Shown in pieces: positions 10,067 to 20,405 of a stretch of 64,000 nucleotides of DNA. The notes beneath the pieces are model-generated. The model saw nothing but the letters and a program-made list of their open reading frames with translations, was not told where the DNA came from and ran no database searches. Position numbers and translations under genes: made by a program. Within the stretch, counting starts at the first letter, position 1, and each line of letters opens with the position of its first letter. Source of the DNA: an uncultured Planctomycetota bacterium (GTDB lineage Bacteria; Planctomycetota; Planctomycetia; Pirellulales; Lacipirellulaceae); assembly GCA_963719315.1 (NCBI GenBank), contig CAVRBU010000006.1, positions 192,001 to 256,000 of the forward strand, written 5' to 3'.

Positions 10067-10807
10067 GTGCTGTGTCGATTCCGATTTACGGTTGGCATCG
10101 CGGTTGTAATGGCGATGGGTTGGCGTGGCGAAGATGTTATCGTTGCTGCCGATGTGCCGATTGCCGCAGAGGCTGGTCGTGGAGCAATCGAAGGCACGGT
10201 CACGTATCGGGTGGATGCCGCGCATCCGTGGCGATATGCGCGGTACTACGTCAAGAATTCCAAGTCGGGCGAGTTGGCGGAGGCGGTGATTGCGGTTCGG
10301 GGGAAGGGGCAATTCAAGGCACCCTCACCCCAACCCTCTCCCGAAAGGAGAGGGAGCGTGACGGCAAGAATCGATCAAAAGGATTTTGCGTTTCAGCCGG
10401 AGCTGGTGGCGATTCGGCGGGGCGATTCGGTGACGTTTACCAATAGCGACTCGGCGACGCACAACGTGCGGACCGCTGGTGAGCTGGCCAGTTTCAATGT
10501 GACGATGTCGGCCGGCTGCGCCGGAAACACGATCAAGTTCGATCGAGCCGGGGGCGCTCGGCGGCCGGTGGAGATTGGGTGCGTTTTTCATAGCAACATG
10601 CATGCGTGGATTTTTGTGTTCGATCATCCGTTCTATGCGGTAACGAAAGCGGATGGGAAATTCAAGTTGGTGGATGTTCCGGTGGGTGAGTACGAGTTGG
10701 AAATGGCGCACCCGGCGGGCGGCCTGCGGTGGAAGAGATCGATCACGGTCAAGGCGGGCGAGAAGGTGAAGGTAGATGTGCAGGTGTCGCCAACGGATGT
10801 GAAATAA
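10067..10807 (+). CDS. Exported cupredoxin-like / carboxypeptidase-regulatory-like domain protein
   Basis: IDQKDFAFQP, FTNSDSATHNV, GCVFHSNM copper-site pattern, HPFYAVTKADGKF. Confidence 0.75.
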   Translation: MLCRFRFTVGIAVVMAMGWRGEDVIVAADVPIAAEAGRGAIEGTVTYRVDAAHPWRYARYYVKNSKSGELAEAVIAVRGKGQFKAPSPQPSPERRGSVTARIDQKDFAFQPELVAIRRGDSVTFTNSDSATHNVRTAGELASFNVTMSAGCAGNTIKFDRAGGARRPVEIGCVFHSNMHAWIFVFDHPFYAVTKADGKFKLVDVPVGEYELEMAHPAGGLRWKRSITVKAGEKVKVDVQVSPTDVK

Positions 10808-10936
10808 TTGGCCTTTCGAATACGATTGGGAACACCAATTATCACTAATCTTCGCTAATTGTATTTGAAGTTTAGTTAGCATAAGCGTCGATTAGTGTTC
10901 GACGAAATGGCGTTGAAAATACCAGGAGGCGGAACC

Positions 10937-12121
10937 ATGTTGAGTGGACTGTTGTCGCGGCGCGAGGCGATTGGCACGGCGGTGACGTCAGTCGCGGCTG
11001 GCTTGGCGCTTTTGGCGAACCCCGATTTTGTGTTTGCCGGCGAGGGAGACGAGGAGGAGTTGGTTCCGTTTTTGAAGGAGCCGCGGTCGAAGCCCGATAG
11101 TCTCGATTGGGAAACGCTCACCGAGTGGATCACACCGCAGGACCAGACGTTCAGCGTGCAGCACTACAACATTCCCAAGGTCGAAGCCAAGGGTTACGAA
11201 TTGGAGATCACAGGGCTGGTCGAGCATCCCCAGAAGCTAAGCCTCGATGAGTTGAAAGCGCTGCCGCGGCAGGAGCAATACATGACGCTCGAATGTTCGG
11301 GCAACGGGTCGGCGCCTGGGTTCATGAATGCCGTGTACAACAGTCGCTGGAGCGGCACGCGGTTGGCGCCGATCTTGAAGGAGTGCGGCATCAAACCGGG
11401 AGCGACGGAGGTCGTGTTTTTTGGGTACGATCAACAGAAGGAATCTCTGCGAAAAGGGACGCCGCGCAAACTGACGATCGAAGTGCCGTTTGGGCGGAGC
11501 ATGAACATTGAGGATTTGAATCGGCTCGATCCGTTGTTGGCTTACGAGCGGAACGGCGAGCCGTTCGCCCAGCGGAACGGGGCGCCGCTGCGGTTGATCG
11601 TGCCGGGTTGGTATGGCATCGCGAATGTGAAGTGGTTGCGGCGGATCGAGGTGCGCGATCGGCGGTATATGGGGCGGTTCATGGGCCGCGATTACGTGAC
11701 CGTACGCGGTGAGAAGCATGGGGATGAAGTGGTGTTCGTCGAAAGCTCGGTCACGCGGATGAATCTCAAATCGGTGGTCGCCCGGGTGACTCGCCGGCCG
11801 ACGAAGGATGGCAAGGTTCCGCTCAAGGCGTACGGCGCCGTGTGGGGCGATGGCACGCCGATTAAAGAGGTCGAAGTACGGCTGGACGACGGCGATTGGC
11901 GCGTGGCGACGATCGACGAGAAGCCGTTCAAGCAATTCAGTTGGCGATTCTTTTCGATCGACCTGGGCGACATCGCGCCGGGGAAGCACACGGTCGTGTC
12001 GCGGGCGATCGACGAAAAGGGGCGGGTTCAACCCACGGCCGAGGATGATGAGATCGCACTCAAGAAAACGTACTGGGAGGCGTATCAGCAGTGGCCGCGG
12101 ACGATCGACGTGGAGGCGTGA
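10937..12121 (+). CDS. Sulfite oxidase-family molybdopterin oxidoreductase with Tat signal
   Basis: SRREAI Tat-like leader, TLECSGN, GAPLRLIVPGWYGIANVKWL; AGGAGG RBS. Confidence 0.85.
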   Translation: MLSGLLSRREAIGTAVTSVAAGLALLANPDFVFAGEGDEEELVPFLKEPRSKPDSLDWETLTEWITPQDQTFSVQHYNIPKVEAKGYELEITGLVEHPQKLSLDELKALPRQEQYMTLECSGNGSAPGFMNAVYNSRWSGTRLAPILKECGIKPGATEVVFFGYDQQKESLRKGTPRKLTIEVPFGRSMNIEDLNRLDPLLAYERNGEPFAQRNGAPLRLIVPGWYGIANVKWLRRIEVRDRRYMGRFMGRDYVTVRGEKHGDEVVFVESSVTRMNLKSVVARVTRRPTKDGKVPLKAYGAVWGDGTPIKEVEVRLDDGDWRVATIDEKPFKQFSWRFFSIDLGDIAPGKHTVVSRAIDEKGRVQPTAEDDEIALKKTYWEAYQQWPRTIDVEA

Positions 12122-12320
12122 TTTCGCTGCATTGGGCTCGCCTGTGCTCGAACTGAGCCACCAATTCGAGCGAGGTGCTGAGGTCTGCAATCGCCAGGAG
12201 TCTTGTGTTCTCGCTTGGTTGGCCGATAATTGAGGGAACGCGTAAAAGCTGAGCCGGCACGAATGTGGTGACGCTTTTGGATCTTGCGTTCCCGCCCACC
12301 TAACCACGTCTTGTGTGGCC

Positions 12321-15300
12321 ATGAATCACCGATCCTTGCGAATGCGGAATGCATGCTGCGCAGTGGGATCGCTCGCGGCTCTTTGGCTGCTTGTAGCGTT
12401 GCCGGTGAAGGGGACCGCTGAAGAGTCAAAACCGAGTGCGTTAGGAAACGCGTATAAGGCGGAAATCCGCCCTCTGATGGAACACTACTGCCACGATTGT
12501 CATGGCGGGGCGGACGTGGTCGAAGGCGAAATCAATCTGGCGACGATGAAGAATTGGGACGATGCCGTCAAGCATCCGCCGACGTGGCAAAAGGTTGCCG
12601 AGATGCTAGGCAATGGATTGATGCCGCCTGAAGACGCTGAACAACCTACAGAGGCCGAGCGGGAGAGGCTGCAAAAGTGGGTGGCCGACTATCTGGCGCT
12701 TGAAGCACGGACCCACGCCGGCGATCCGGGCCGAGTAATTCTGAGGCGACTGAGCAACGCGGAATACACCTACACGCTGCGCGATTTGACGGGCGTGGAG
12801 TCGCTCGATCCAGCTCGAGAGTTTCCGGCAGACGGGGCGGCGGGAGAAGGTTTCACGAACGCCGGTGGCGCTCTTGTGATGTCGCCCGCGCTCGTGACGA
12901 AGTATTTCGACGCGGCAAAGGAAGTTGCCAATCACGCGGCGCTGTTGCCGGGCGGGTTTCGATTTTCGCCCCACACGACGGCCCGCGATTGGACGGACGA
13001 CACGCTCGCGCAGATTCGCGATTTCTACGGCAAGTTTACGGAATCCGGCGGCGGCAAGCAGGTAAACTTGCAAGGCATTGTGTTCGACACAAATCGAGGA
13101 GGGCGGTTGCCGGTCGAGAAGTATCTGGCCGCAACGCTGGTCGAACGCGAAGCGCTGGCAGCGGGCCGCAAGACTATCGATGCTGCAGCCGGCGAGCATG
13201 GACTGAATGCGAAGTATTTGGGAATTCTTTGGGCGGCGCTCACCGGAACCGAACCGTCCCTGTTGCTGGACGGTTTTCGCGCGCGTTGGCGCACGGCGAA
13301 ACCGGAAGATGCGCCGGCGCTGGCGGCTGAAGTCGCAGCTTGGCAAACGTCGTTGTGGCGATTCTCGAGCGTGGGGCTCATTGGCCGGCAAGGTGGACCG
13401 AAGCGGTGGATGGAGCCCATCAATCCGCTGACGACGAAGCAAGAACTGACGTTCAAGATTCCGGACTCGCCCGAGGGCAAGGATGTTTCGATTTCACTCG
13501 TCGCAACCGATGCGGGCGACGGCAACCAATCCGACTTCGTGATTTGGCAGGCGCCGCGGCTGGTAGCGCCGGGACAACCGGATTTATTGCTGCGAGACAT
13601 TCGTGAGGTGGCGCGTAAGCTCAAATCGCGACGCGCCCAGCTATTCTCAAACGCCGCAACCTACTTGAATGCGGCCGATGAAATATCGTCTGCGGATCAG
13701 TTGGTCGACGTAGCCAAGGTAGCCAGCCAGCACGATTTGTTGGAAACCGACTTGCGGGCATGGCTCGATTTTTTGGGCATCGGCCCAGGTAACTCGGTCG
13801 AGTTGGAAGGGTTGTTTGCGAATAAGTTAAACGGCGTCGCGGGCTTCGAGTTCGTGAATGGTTGGGGGAGCAACGACACTCCCTCGCTCATGGCCAATTC
13901 GTCGAGCGAGAACGTGCGGATACCCGGAAACATGAAGCCCCACGGCGTGGCGGTCCATCCGTCGCCCACGCTGCGTTCCGCGGTCGGATGGCGCAGCCCG
14001 ATCGCCGGGACGGTGCACGTCGAATGTACAGTGACGCCCGCTCATCCGGAATGCGGCAACGGCGTAACGTGGTTGCTAAGTCTGCGACGCGGCGCCACGC
14101 GGCAGCAGTTAGCGAGCGGCGTAGCGCAGGGACCGGCCGAGGTGAAGGTGGGGCCATTCGATGGCATTGTTGTACGCGCAGGAGACGTGCTTTCGTTGTC
14201 GATCGGCGCGCGCGACGGCGATCATTCGTGTGACTTGACGGCGATCGACTTTGACGTCACCGGCAGGAAAGGCGATCCGCAATCCATTTGGAACCTGGCG
14301 AGCGATGTTTCCGGCAACGTGTTGGCCGGCAATCCGCATGCGGATCGATATCACAACGCAAACATCTGGAACTTCTATGCGGAGCCGGAAGTTGGCGGCG
14401 CAGCGGCGCCGGTCATTCCAGCAGAATCCGTGCTAGCGAAGTGGGTCGCCGCTACGAGCGGAGAGGAGCGGCACGCGCTGGCGATCGATGTGCAGAAGCT
14501 GTTGACAACTGGACCGTCAACGGCGACGGACAGTGCAGATGGGGCACTCTATCGACAGTTGGCCTCGCCGCGCGGGCCGCTGTTGGGTGGCTTCGCCGGT
14601 CTGGCATCGAATACCGGAACCGATGAGTTGGACGAATCGGACGTGGGGCTTGGTCCCGCAATGTTTGGTCATCATCCGAACGGGCGCCCGATCGACGCCG
14701 CGAATCTGTGTGTGCAGGCGCCGTCGGTGATTGAGATTCGATTGCCGGCCGATTTGGCGGCTGGGTGCGAGCTGGTGACGACCGGCGTACTCGACAAGGA
14801 AACGGGCAGCGACGGCTCCGTGCAGCTTTCCATCGTGGCCGGAAAACCAGCAATCGAATCAGGTTTACATCGCGGCGAAGCGAAGGTCACGGCGCGAATC
14901 GGCCAGTGGTCGAGTAACAATCCGGAAGTTGTGAACTCGGCTCCCATTCTCGTCACCGAAGGCAGCCTAACGCAGCAGCGCGTGGAGGCCGCGTTCGAGG
15001 AATTTCGTCAACTGTTTCCGCCGGCCATATGCTACGTGAAGATCGTGCCGGTGGATGAAGTCATTTCGGTGACGTTGTTCTATCGTGAGGATGATCACTT
15101 GGTGCGGCTGATGCTGGACGAGTCACAGCGGCGACAATTGGATCGACTATGGGATGAGTTGCATTTCTTCAGTCGCGACGCACTGGCATCGGTGAATGCG
15201 TTCGCCCAACTGCTCGAATTCGCCACTCAGGACGCGGACCCAAAAGTGTTCGAGCCGTTGCGAGAGCCGATCAACGATCGGGCGGCGGCGTTTCGGCAGT

Positions 15301-16577
15301 TTCTAGTCGATTGCGAGCCCAAGCAAATCGAGGCGCTCGTTGAATTCGCGGCGCGGGCGTATCGACGGCCGCTGACGGCGGAAGAGGTGTCCGCTTTACA
15401 CGCGTTGTATGAGAATCTTCGCAAGGAAGGGCTTCCACACGAGGATGCGTTTCGCTTGACGCTCGCACGGGTGTTGGTGGCGCCGGCGTTTTTGTATCGG
15501 ATTGAGAGGCCGGTTGCGGGCGCGGGGCAAGGGCCCGTTTCTGATTGGGAACTCGCGAGCCGGTTGAGCTACTTCCTATGGGCCTCGCAGCCGGATGCCG
15601 AATTGCGGCAGTTGGCGGCCGACGGTCGGCTGCATGAACCGGACGTGCTCGTCGCCCAAACGCGGCGGATGTTGCGCGATGCCAAGACGCGACGACTGGC
15701 GATGGGGTTCGCCTGCCATTGGCTTCTAATCGACGACTTCGAGCACTTGGACGAAAAGAGCGACCGGCACTTTCCTACGTTTGCAAGCTTGCGCGGCGCG
15801 ATGGCTGAGGAATCGATTCTGTTTTTTACCGATCTGTTTCAACACGGAGGATCGGTGCTGAACATCCTCGATGCTGACTACACTTTCTTGAATGAGCCGC
15901 TGGCAAAGCACTACGGAATCCCCGGCGTGACCGGAGCCGAGTGGCGGCGCGTGGATGGCGTGAAGAAGTACTCGCGCGGCGGCGTATTGGCGCAGGCGAC
16001 GACGCTGGCGAAGCAGTCGGGCGCTTCGCGGACGAGCCCCATCCTGCGGGGGAATTGGGTCAGCGAAGTATTGCTAGGCGAGCGATTGCCAAAACCGCCG
16101 AAGGGTGTTCCTCCCTTGCCGGACGATGAAGCGGCGACCGAAGGGTTGACGGTGCGGCAACTCGTCGAAAAGCATGTCAGTGATCCGAAGTGCGCGGTTT
16201 GCCATCAACGCTTCGACCCGTACGGTTTTTCGCTGGAGGCGTTCGATGCGATTGGCGGCCATCGCGAAAAGGACCTTGGCGATCGGCCGATCGACACGCG
16301 CGTTAAAGCGATGGATGGGGCAGAGTTCGAGGGGTTGGAGGGTTTGCAAAACTACCTGCTCACGAAGCGGCGGGAGGCCTTTTTGCACCAATTTTGTCGA
16401 AAACTGCTCGGCTATGCCCTAGGTAGAGCGGTGCAGCTTTCGGACGATCCGCTCCTGACGGAAATGCAGAGCGAACTGGCTGCCAACGATTACAAGGTGG
16501 ATGTGGCCGTCGAGACGATCGTGCGGAGCCGTCAGTTCCGCGAGATTCGAGGGATGGATACCGCGTTCGACAATTGA
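12321..16577 (+). CDS. Planctomycete cytochrome c / DUF1587-1595-1592-1588-1585 protein
   Basis: YCHDCH, RRLSNAEYTYTLRDL, ELASRLSYFLW, RTSPILRGNWV, CAVCH, KLLGYALGR; paired with DUF1552. Confidence 0.85.
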   Translation: MNHRSLRMRNACCAVGSLAALWLLVALPVKGTAEESKPSALGNAYKAEIRPLMEHYCHDCHGGADVVEGEINLATMKNWDDAVKHPPTWQKVAEMLGNGLMPPEDAEQPTEAERERLQKWVADYLALEARTHAGDPGRVILRRLSNAEYTYTLRDLTGVESLDPAREFPADGAAGEGFTNAGGALVMSPALVTKYFDAAKEVANHAALLPGGFRFSPHTTARDWTDDTLAQIRDFYGKFTESGGGKQVNLQGIVFDTNRGGRLPVEKYLAATLVEREALAAGRKTIDAAAGEHGLNAKYLGILWAALTGTEPSLLLDGFRARWRTAKPEDAPALAAEVAAWQTSLWRFSSVGLIGRQGGPKRWMEPINPLTTKQELTFKIPDSPEGKDVSISLVATDAGDGNQSDFVIWQAPRLVAPGQPDLLLRDIREVARKLKSRRAQLFSNAATYLNAADEISSADQLVDVAKVASQHDLLETDLRAWLDFLGIGPGNSVELEGLFANKLNGVAGFEFVNGWGSNDTPSLMANSSSENVRIPGNMKPHGVAVHPSPTLRSAVGWRSPIAGTVHVECTVTPAHPECGNGVTWLLSLRRGATRQQLASGVAQGPAEVKVGPFDGIVVRAGDVLSLSIGARDGDHSCDLTAIDFDVTGRKGDPQSIWNLASDVSGNVLAGNPHADRYHNANIWNFYAEPEVGGAAAPVIPAESVLAKWVAATSGEERHALAIDVQKLLTTGPSTATDSADGALYRQLASPRGPLLGGFAGLASNTGTDELDESDVGLGPAMFGHHPNGRPIDAANLCVQAPSVIEIRLPADLAAGCELVTTGVLDKETGSDGSVQLSIVAGKPAIESGLHRGEAKVTARIGQWSSNNPEVVNSAPILVTEGSLTQQRVEAAFEEFRQLFPPAICYVKIVPVDEVISVTLFYREDDHLVRLMLDESQRRQLDRLWDELHFFSRDALASVNAFAQLLEFATQDADPKVFEPLREPINDRAAAFRQFLVDCEPKQIEALVEFAARAYRRPLTAEEVSALHALYENLRKEGLPHEDAFRLTLARVLVAPAFLYRIERPVAGAGQGPVSDWELASRLSYFLWASQPDAELRQLAADGRLHEPDVLVAQTRRMLRDAKTRRLAMGFACHWLLIDDFEHLDEKSDRHFPTFASLRGAMAEESILFFTDLFQHGGSVLNILDADYTFLNEPLAKHYGIPGVTGAEWRRVDGVKKYSRGGVLAQATTLAKQSGASRTSPILRGNWVSEVLLGERLPKPPKGVPPLPDDEAATEGLTVRQLVEKHVSDPKCAVCHQRFDPYGFSLEAFDAIGGHREKDLGDRPIDTRVKAMDGAEFEGLEGLQNYLLTKRREAFLHQFCRKLLGYALGRAVQLSDDPLLTEMQSELAANDYKVDVAVETIVRSRQFREIRGMDTAFDN

Positions 16578-16658
16578 TAAGTTGAGAATCCTCTCCCTGT
16601 GGGAGAGGGCAAGGTGGATTTTCGCCGCCTCGGCAAGCTATTACAAAAGTGAATCGAT

Positions 16659-17963
16659 ATGAGCAACCACAGATTCTCTCGCCGTACGATGCTTCGCGGA
16701 ATTGGCGTCACGATGGCGCTGCCGTGGTTCGAGTCGCTTAACGTGTGGGGCGATGTGGCGCGTGGCGCCGAAGTGGCGAGCGAAGCGCCCGTGCGGCTGG
16801 CCGTGCTGTTCGCCGGCAACGGCTTTCATAGCAAAGAGTGGTGGGCCAAGGGCGAAGGGAAGGCGATGGAGTTGGGCCAGGTACTCGCGCCGCTGGCCGA
16901 CTATCGTGAGAAGATGTTGTTCATCCGCGGCCTGTTCAATGAACAAGCGCTCAAGGGCAACATTCACAGCTCACAGACCGGAAACCTGCTCTCCGGCGCG
17001 CCGCTGGCGTCCGGCGGTGAAATCCGTTCGGGTACGAGCATTGATCAGTTGCTGGCGCAAAAGTATGGGCGATCGACCAAAGTGTCGAGCCTGGTGCTGG
17101 GTTGCGAAACATCGAACCCGGCGATCCATAAAAACTATTCGATGCTCTACAGTTCGCACATTTCCTGGTCGTCTCCGACGACGCCGACACCATTGGAACT
17201 CTACCCGGCCCTGGCGTTTGACCGGCTGTTCAAAGATGAAGTTCAGCGCGGCGATAAGAGCGTGCTCGACGCGGTCTTGAGCGATGCGAGCGACGTGCGC
17301 CGGGAGATCAGCACGACCGACCAGCGGAAGCTGGATGAGTATCTGGAATCCGTGCGCGATGTGGAACAGCGAATCGCGCACGCGGGTAAGCAGGGCGAAT
17401 TGCAAGGCTGGCGGCCCACGCTCGAGAAGCCGAATATCCCGCGCCCGCCGGAGGGCGTTCCGCAAAACATTGCCGACCACATGCGGCTGATGTGTGACAT
17501 CCTGGTGCTGGGATTCCAAACGGATACCACGAGGATCACCACGCTTAAGTTGAATAACGATCACTCGTCGCTCAGGTTCCCGCATTTGGGCGTCGACTAC
17601 ATGATCCACCATCTACTGTCCCACTCGGACACGGCCGATTGGCTCAAAGTGAACCAGTTCTTCGTCCAGCAATTGGCCTACATCGCCGGCAAATTGGACG
17701 CGATTCAAGAGGGCGAACGAACCGCGCTCGACAATTCGATGCTGCTGTTCTGCTCGAGCATGCTGACGGGGGGGCACGATGCCACGCAGTTGCCGGTTGT
17801 GCTGCTGGGCGGCGGCGGCGGGAAGATTCAATCGGGCCGGGTGCTGGATTACAGTGGCCAGCCGAACCGCCAGATGTGTCGGCTTTATCTGTCGATGATG
17901 GATAAGATGAACGTGCGGATGGACAAATTCGGCGACGCGACGGAGCGACTCGCAGAAGTTTGA
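16659..17963 (+). CDS. DUF1552 family protein
   Basis: SRRTMLRGIGVTMALPWFES leader, SIDQLLA, ISWSSP, LDEYLESVRDVE, FQTDTTR, LDNS. Confidence 0.9.
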   Translation: MSNHRFSRRTMLRGIGVTMALPWFESLNVWGDVARGAEVASEAPVRLAVLFAGNGFHSKEWWAKGEGKAMELGQVLAPLADYREKMLFIRGLFNEQALKGNIHSSQTGNLLSGAPLASGGEIRSGTSIDQLLAQKYGRSTKVSSLVLGCETSNPAIHKNYSMLYSSHISWSSPTTPTPLELYPALAFDRLFKDEVQRGDKSVLDAVLSDASDVRREISTTDQRKLDEYLESVRDVEQRIAHAGKQGELQGWRPTLEKPNIPRPPEGVPQNIADHMRLMCDILVLGFQTDTTRITTLKLNNDHSSLRFPHLGVDYMIHHLLSHSDTADWLKVNQFFVQQLAYIAGKLDAIQEGERTALDNSMLLFCSSMLTGGHDATQLPVVLLGGGGGKIQSGRVLDYSGQPNRQMCRLYLSMMDKMNVRMDKFGDATERLAEV

Positions 17964-17984
17964 CTCGCAGAAGTTTGACTCGCA
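17947..17984 (+). repeat. 15-bp tandem repeat GACTCGCAGAAGTTT x2.5 spanning the stop codon
   Basis: Read directly from the sequence. Confidence 0.85.
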
Positions 17985-18007
17985 TCGTCGTTGCAACAAG
18001 ACCCACT

Positions 18008-18754
18008 TCAGGGCGATTCGACCCAGAATAAGTCGTTCATGTTTTTCCTGGAAAACTCGTAGGTGACGGTCGAGAATTTGCCGATGCCGGAGTCCTGCGT
18101 GTAAAAGAGGCCACCGCCCAGCTGGTTGGTGTCGTCGGCGTAGCCAACGAAGATCCGGCTGTGGCTGGCGCCCGAGGCAACTGGGTAGCCCTTCGCCAAA
18201 ACACTTTTTACGTCTAACATGTTCCAATCGAACAGGCCGGGCGTGCGGCGCCAGCGTCGGAGCCAATGGACCTTGAGTCCAAGGTCTCGAATTTTCTGCG
18301 CTGACTCGATGGCCTTAGCGGAAGGTTCGAGGGCCGGATCGAATTTGCGGGTGTATGGCATTTCATCCTGAGTGCAGATGCCGTGCTCTTCGAAGCCTTT
18401 GAGCAAATCGCGAAAGAACTGGCCACGATCTTGCGAGTGATTGTTGATGACCTGGTTGCAGGCCCAGTTCAGGTATTCGACGCTCAACCGCGTACCGCGT
18501 TGTTCGTGTTTCGAAACCGCGAATTCGAGAACGCCGGTCGTGGTGAAGACGGAGCACGTGTTGCGGTGGCCTTGATGGCGCGGCGTGAGCCCCCATTCTT
18601 TCATTTGCGGCCGCAGGTCGACGCTGCTGGGCAGTTGCTCGGCTGGTGAAGGCTGTTTCTTGGTCGCGGTGTTGGTGGCCGCGGCAAGTTCGGCGGAAGT
18701 GGCGCCGGCGCCGGTTGACACGAGTATGGCGAAAGCGACCGATAGACGAAACAT
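18008..18754 (-). CDS. Secreted C1 (papain-like) cysteine peptidase
   Basis: Signal peptide, LPSSVDLR, QGHRNTCSVF (catalytic Cys), HSRIFVGY (His). Confidence 0.75.
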   Translation of the reverse strand: MFRLSVAFAILVSTGAGATSAELAAATNTATKKQPSPAEQLPSSVDLRPQMKEWGLTPRHQGHRNTCSVFTTTGVLEFAVSKHEQRGTRLSVEYLNWACNQVINNHSQDRGQFFRDLLKGFEEHGICTQDEMPYTRKFDPALEPSAKAIESAQKIRDLGLKVHWLRRWRRTPGLFDWNMLDVKSVLAKGYPVASGASHSRIFVGYADDTNQLGGGLFYTQDSGIGKFSTVTYEFSRKNMNDLFWVESP

Positions 18755-19081
18755 GGGGACGAACTTCGGGGTGGGATTTGTAGGCGGGGCTCTCGTGTCG
18801 ATCTGATATCGATCGTCGGGCGTAATCCCGATTCTATTTCAAGCGCGGTTATATTGAAGCCCTGAGAAGCGACCTTTCGTATCGCGCAAAGTTTGTGGAT
18901 TGTTGGATCGCTTTTGGCCAGTCGGGGCTGTCAAGTCGGTTGCGGCGACGTTGTTGGCTCGTTGACACATGGTAAAAGGCGAGTGAGACTTAGTTGTTTG
19001 GTACGTGGGCGAGTCTATTCGAGACGCTGATTCCGATTTCGGAGAAACCGGCCTACGCGAGCAATTGGCATGGGCGGCGGG

Positions 19082-20322
19082 ATGATTCAACAGCACGATT
19101 CTTCGATCGCGGGGCGGCGGGTGCTGCTGGTTGGCAAGCTGGCCAGTATGCCGCGCCGCAACGCGGAGCGGATCATTCGCGAGCATGGCGGGGTGCCCGT
19201 CGATGCAACCGGAGACGACGCGGACATAGTTGTCGCCGGCGACGAGGCTGGCGATTTGCGCCGGCAGGGCGCGGAGGGTGAGATCATCTCCGATGTTCTA
19301 CGCGCGCGGATTTCGACCGGTGAGGTCGAGCTGATCGGCGAATCGGCGCTGTGGACCCGGCTAGGGTTGGTCGAATCGGGGCAGGGCGTTGAGCGCCTCT
19401 ACACACCGGCGATGTTGGCCGAATTGGTCCGCGCGCCGATCGCGGCGATACGGCAATGGCATCGGCGGGGGGCGATCGTCGCCAAGCGCGAGGTGCAGCG
19501 ACTTCCGTATTTTGATTTTAAGGAAGTCGGCGTGGCGCGGAAGTTGGCGCAGTTGTTGGACGCCGGTTGCAGTCTGGCGAACGTCAATCGCAAGTTGGAA
19601 AGTTTGGGTCGCTTGCTGCCGGGGATTGAGCGGCCGCTGGCCGATCCGGCGGTGGTGGTCGAGGGTCGGCGGCTGTTCATTCGCCGTGAGGATGGATTGG
19701 CGGAGCCGACGGGGCAGTTGTTGATCGAGTTCGATGCCGCTAAGCCGCCGGCGATGGGTGAAGCGGGAGAGGTGGAGGACGGGCCGACGACGATTTCGAT
19801 GGTGCGGGCCGAGGCGCTGCATAAGCCAAAGGCGCGGGCGCGGGCGCGCATCCGTATGCAGCGGATGATTTGCGGGCGCTGGCCGCAGAACTCGAGGGGA
19901 CGGGGCGTCCGGAGCAGGCGGTGGAGGCGTATCGGGCGGTGCTGTTTTCGGGAGATTCGACGGCTGAGGATCACTTCGCGCTGGCCGAGTTGCTGTATTT
20001 GGGTGGCGACTTGTCGGCGGCGCGGGAGCGGTATTACGTGGCGATCGAGTTGGACGAGGACTTTGTCGAGGCCCGCTCGAACTTGGGCTGCGTGCTCTCC
20101 GAATTGGGCGAATTTGGCCTGGCTGAGGCTGCTTTTCGCGGGGCGCTCGAATATCATCCGGACTACGCGGACGCTCATTATCATTTGGCGCGGCTTTTGG
20201 ATCGGGCGGATCGGGCGACCGAGGCCATGTGTCATTGGCAGTTGTTCATGAGCTTGGCGCCTGCCAGTCCGTGGGCGGATGAGGCGCGGGATCGGATTGG
20301 AAACGACGGAGTGAGTCGGTGA
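19082..20322 (+). CDS. BRCT-like + MerR-type HTH + TPR protein, frameshift near 19850
   Basis: GRRVLLVGKLASMPRRNAERIIREHGG (BRCT-like), YTPAMLAELV..IRQW..G (MerR-like), TPRs in ORF 19870-20322. Confidence 0.7.
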
Positions 20323-20405
20323 GTAGGTGCGTCATTAGACGGCGGTTGTTCGCGAACACAAGTACCCACTCACATACTCACCCACTCACGTACTCACACT
20401 TTTCA

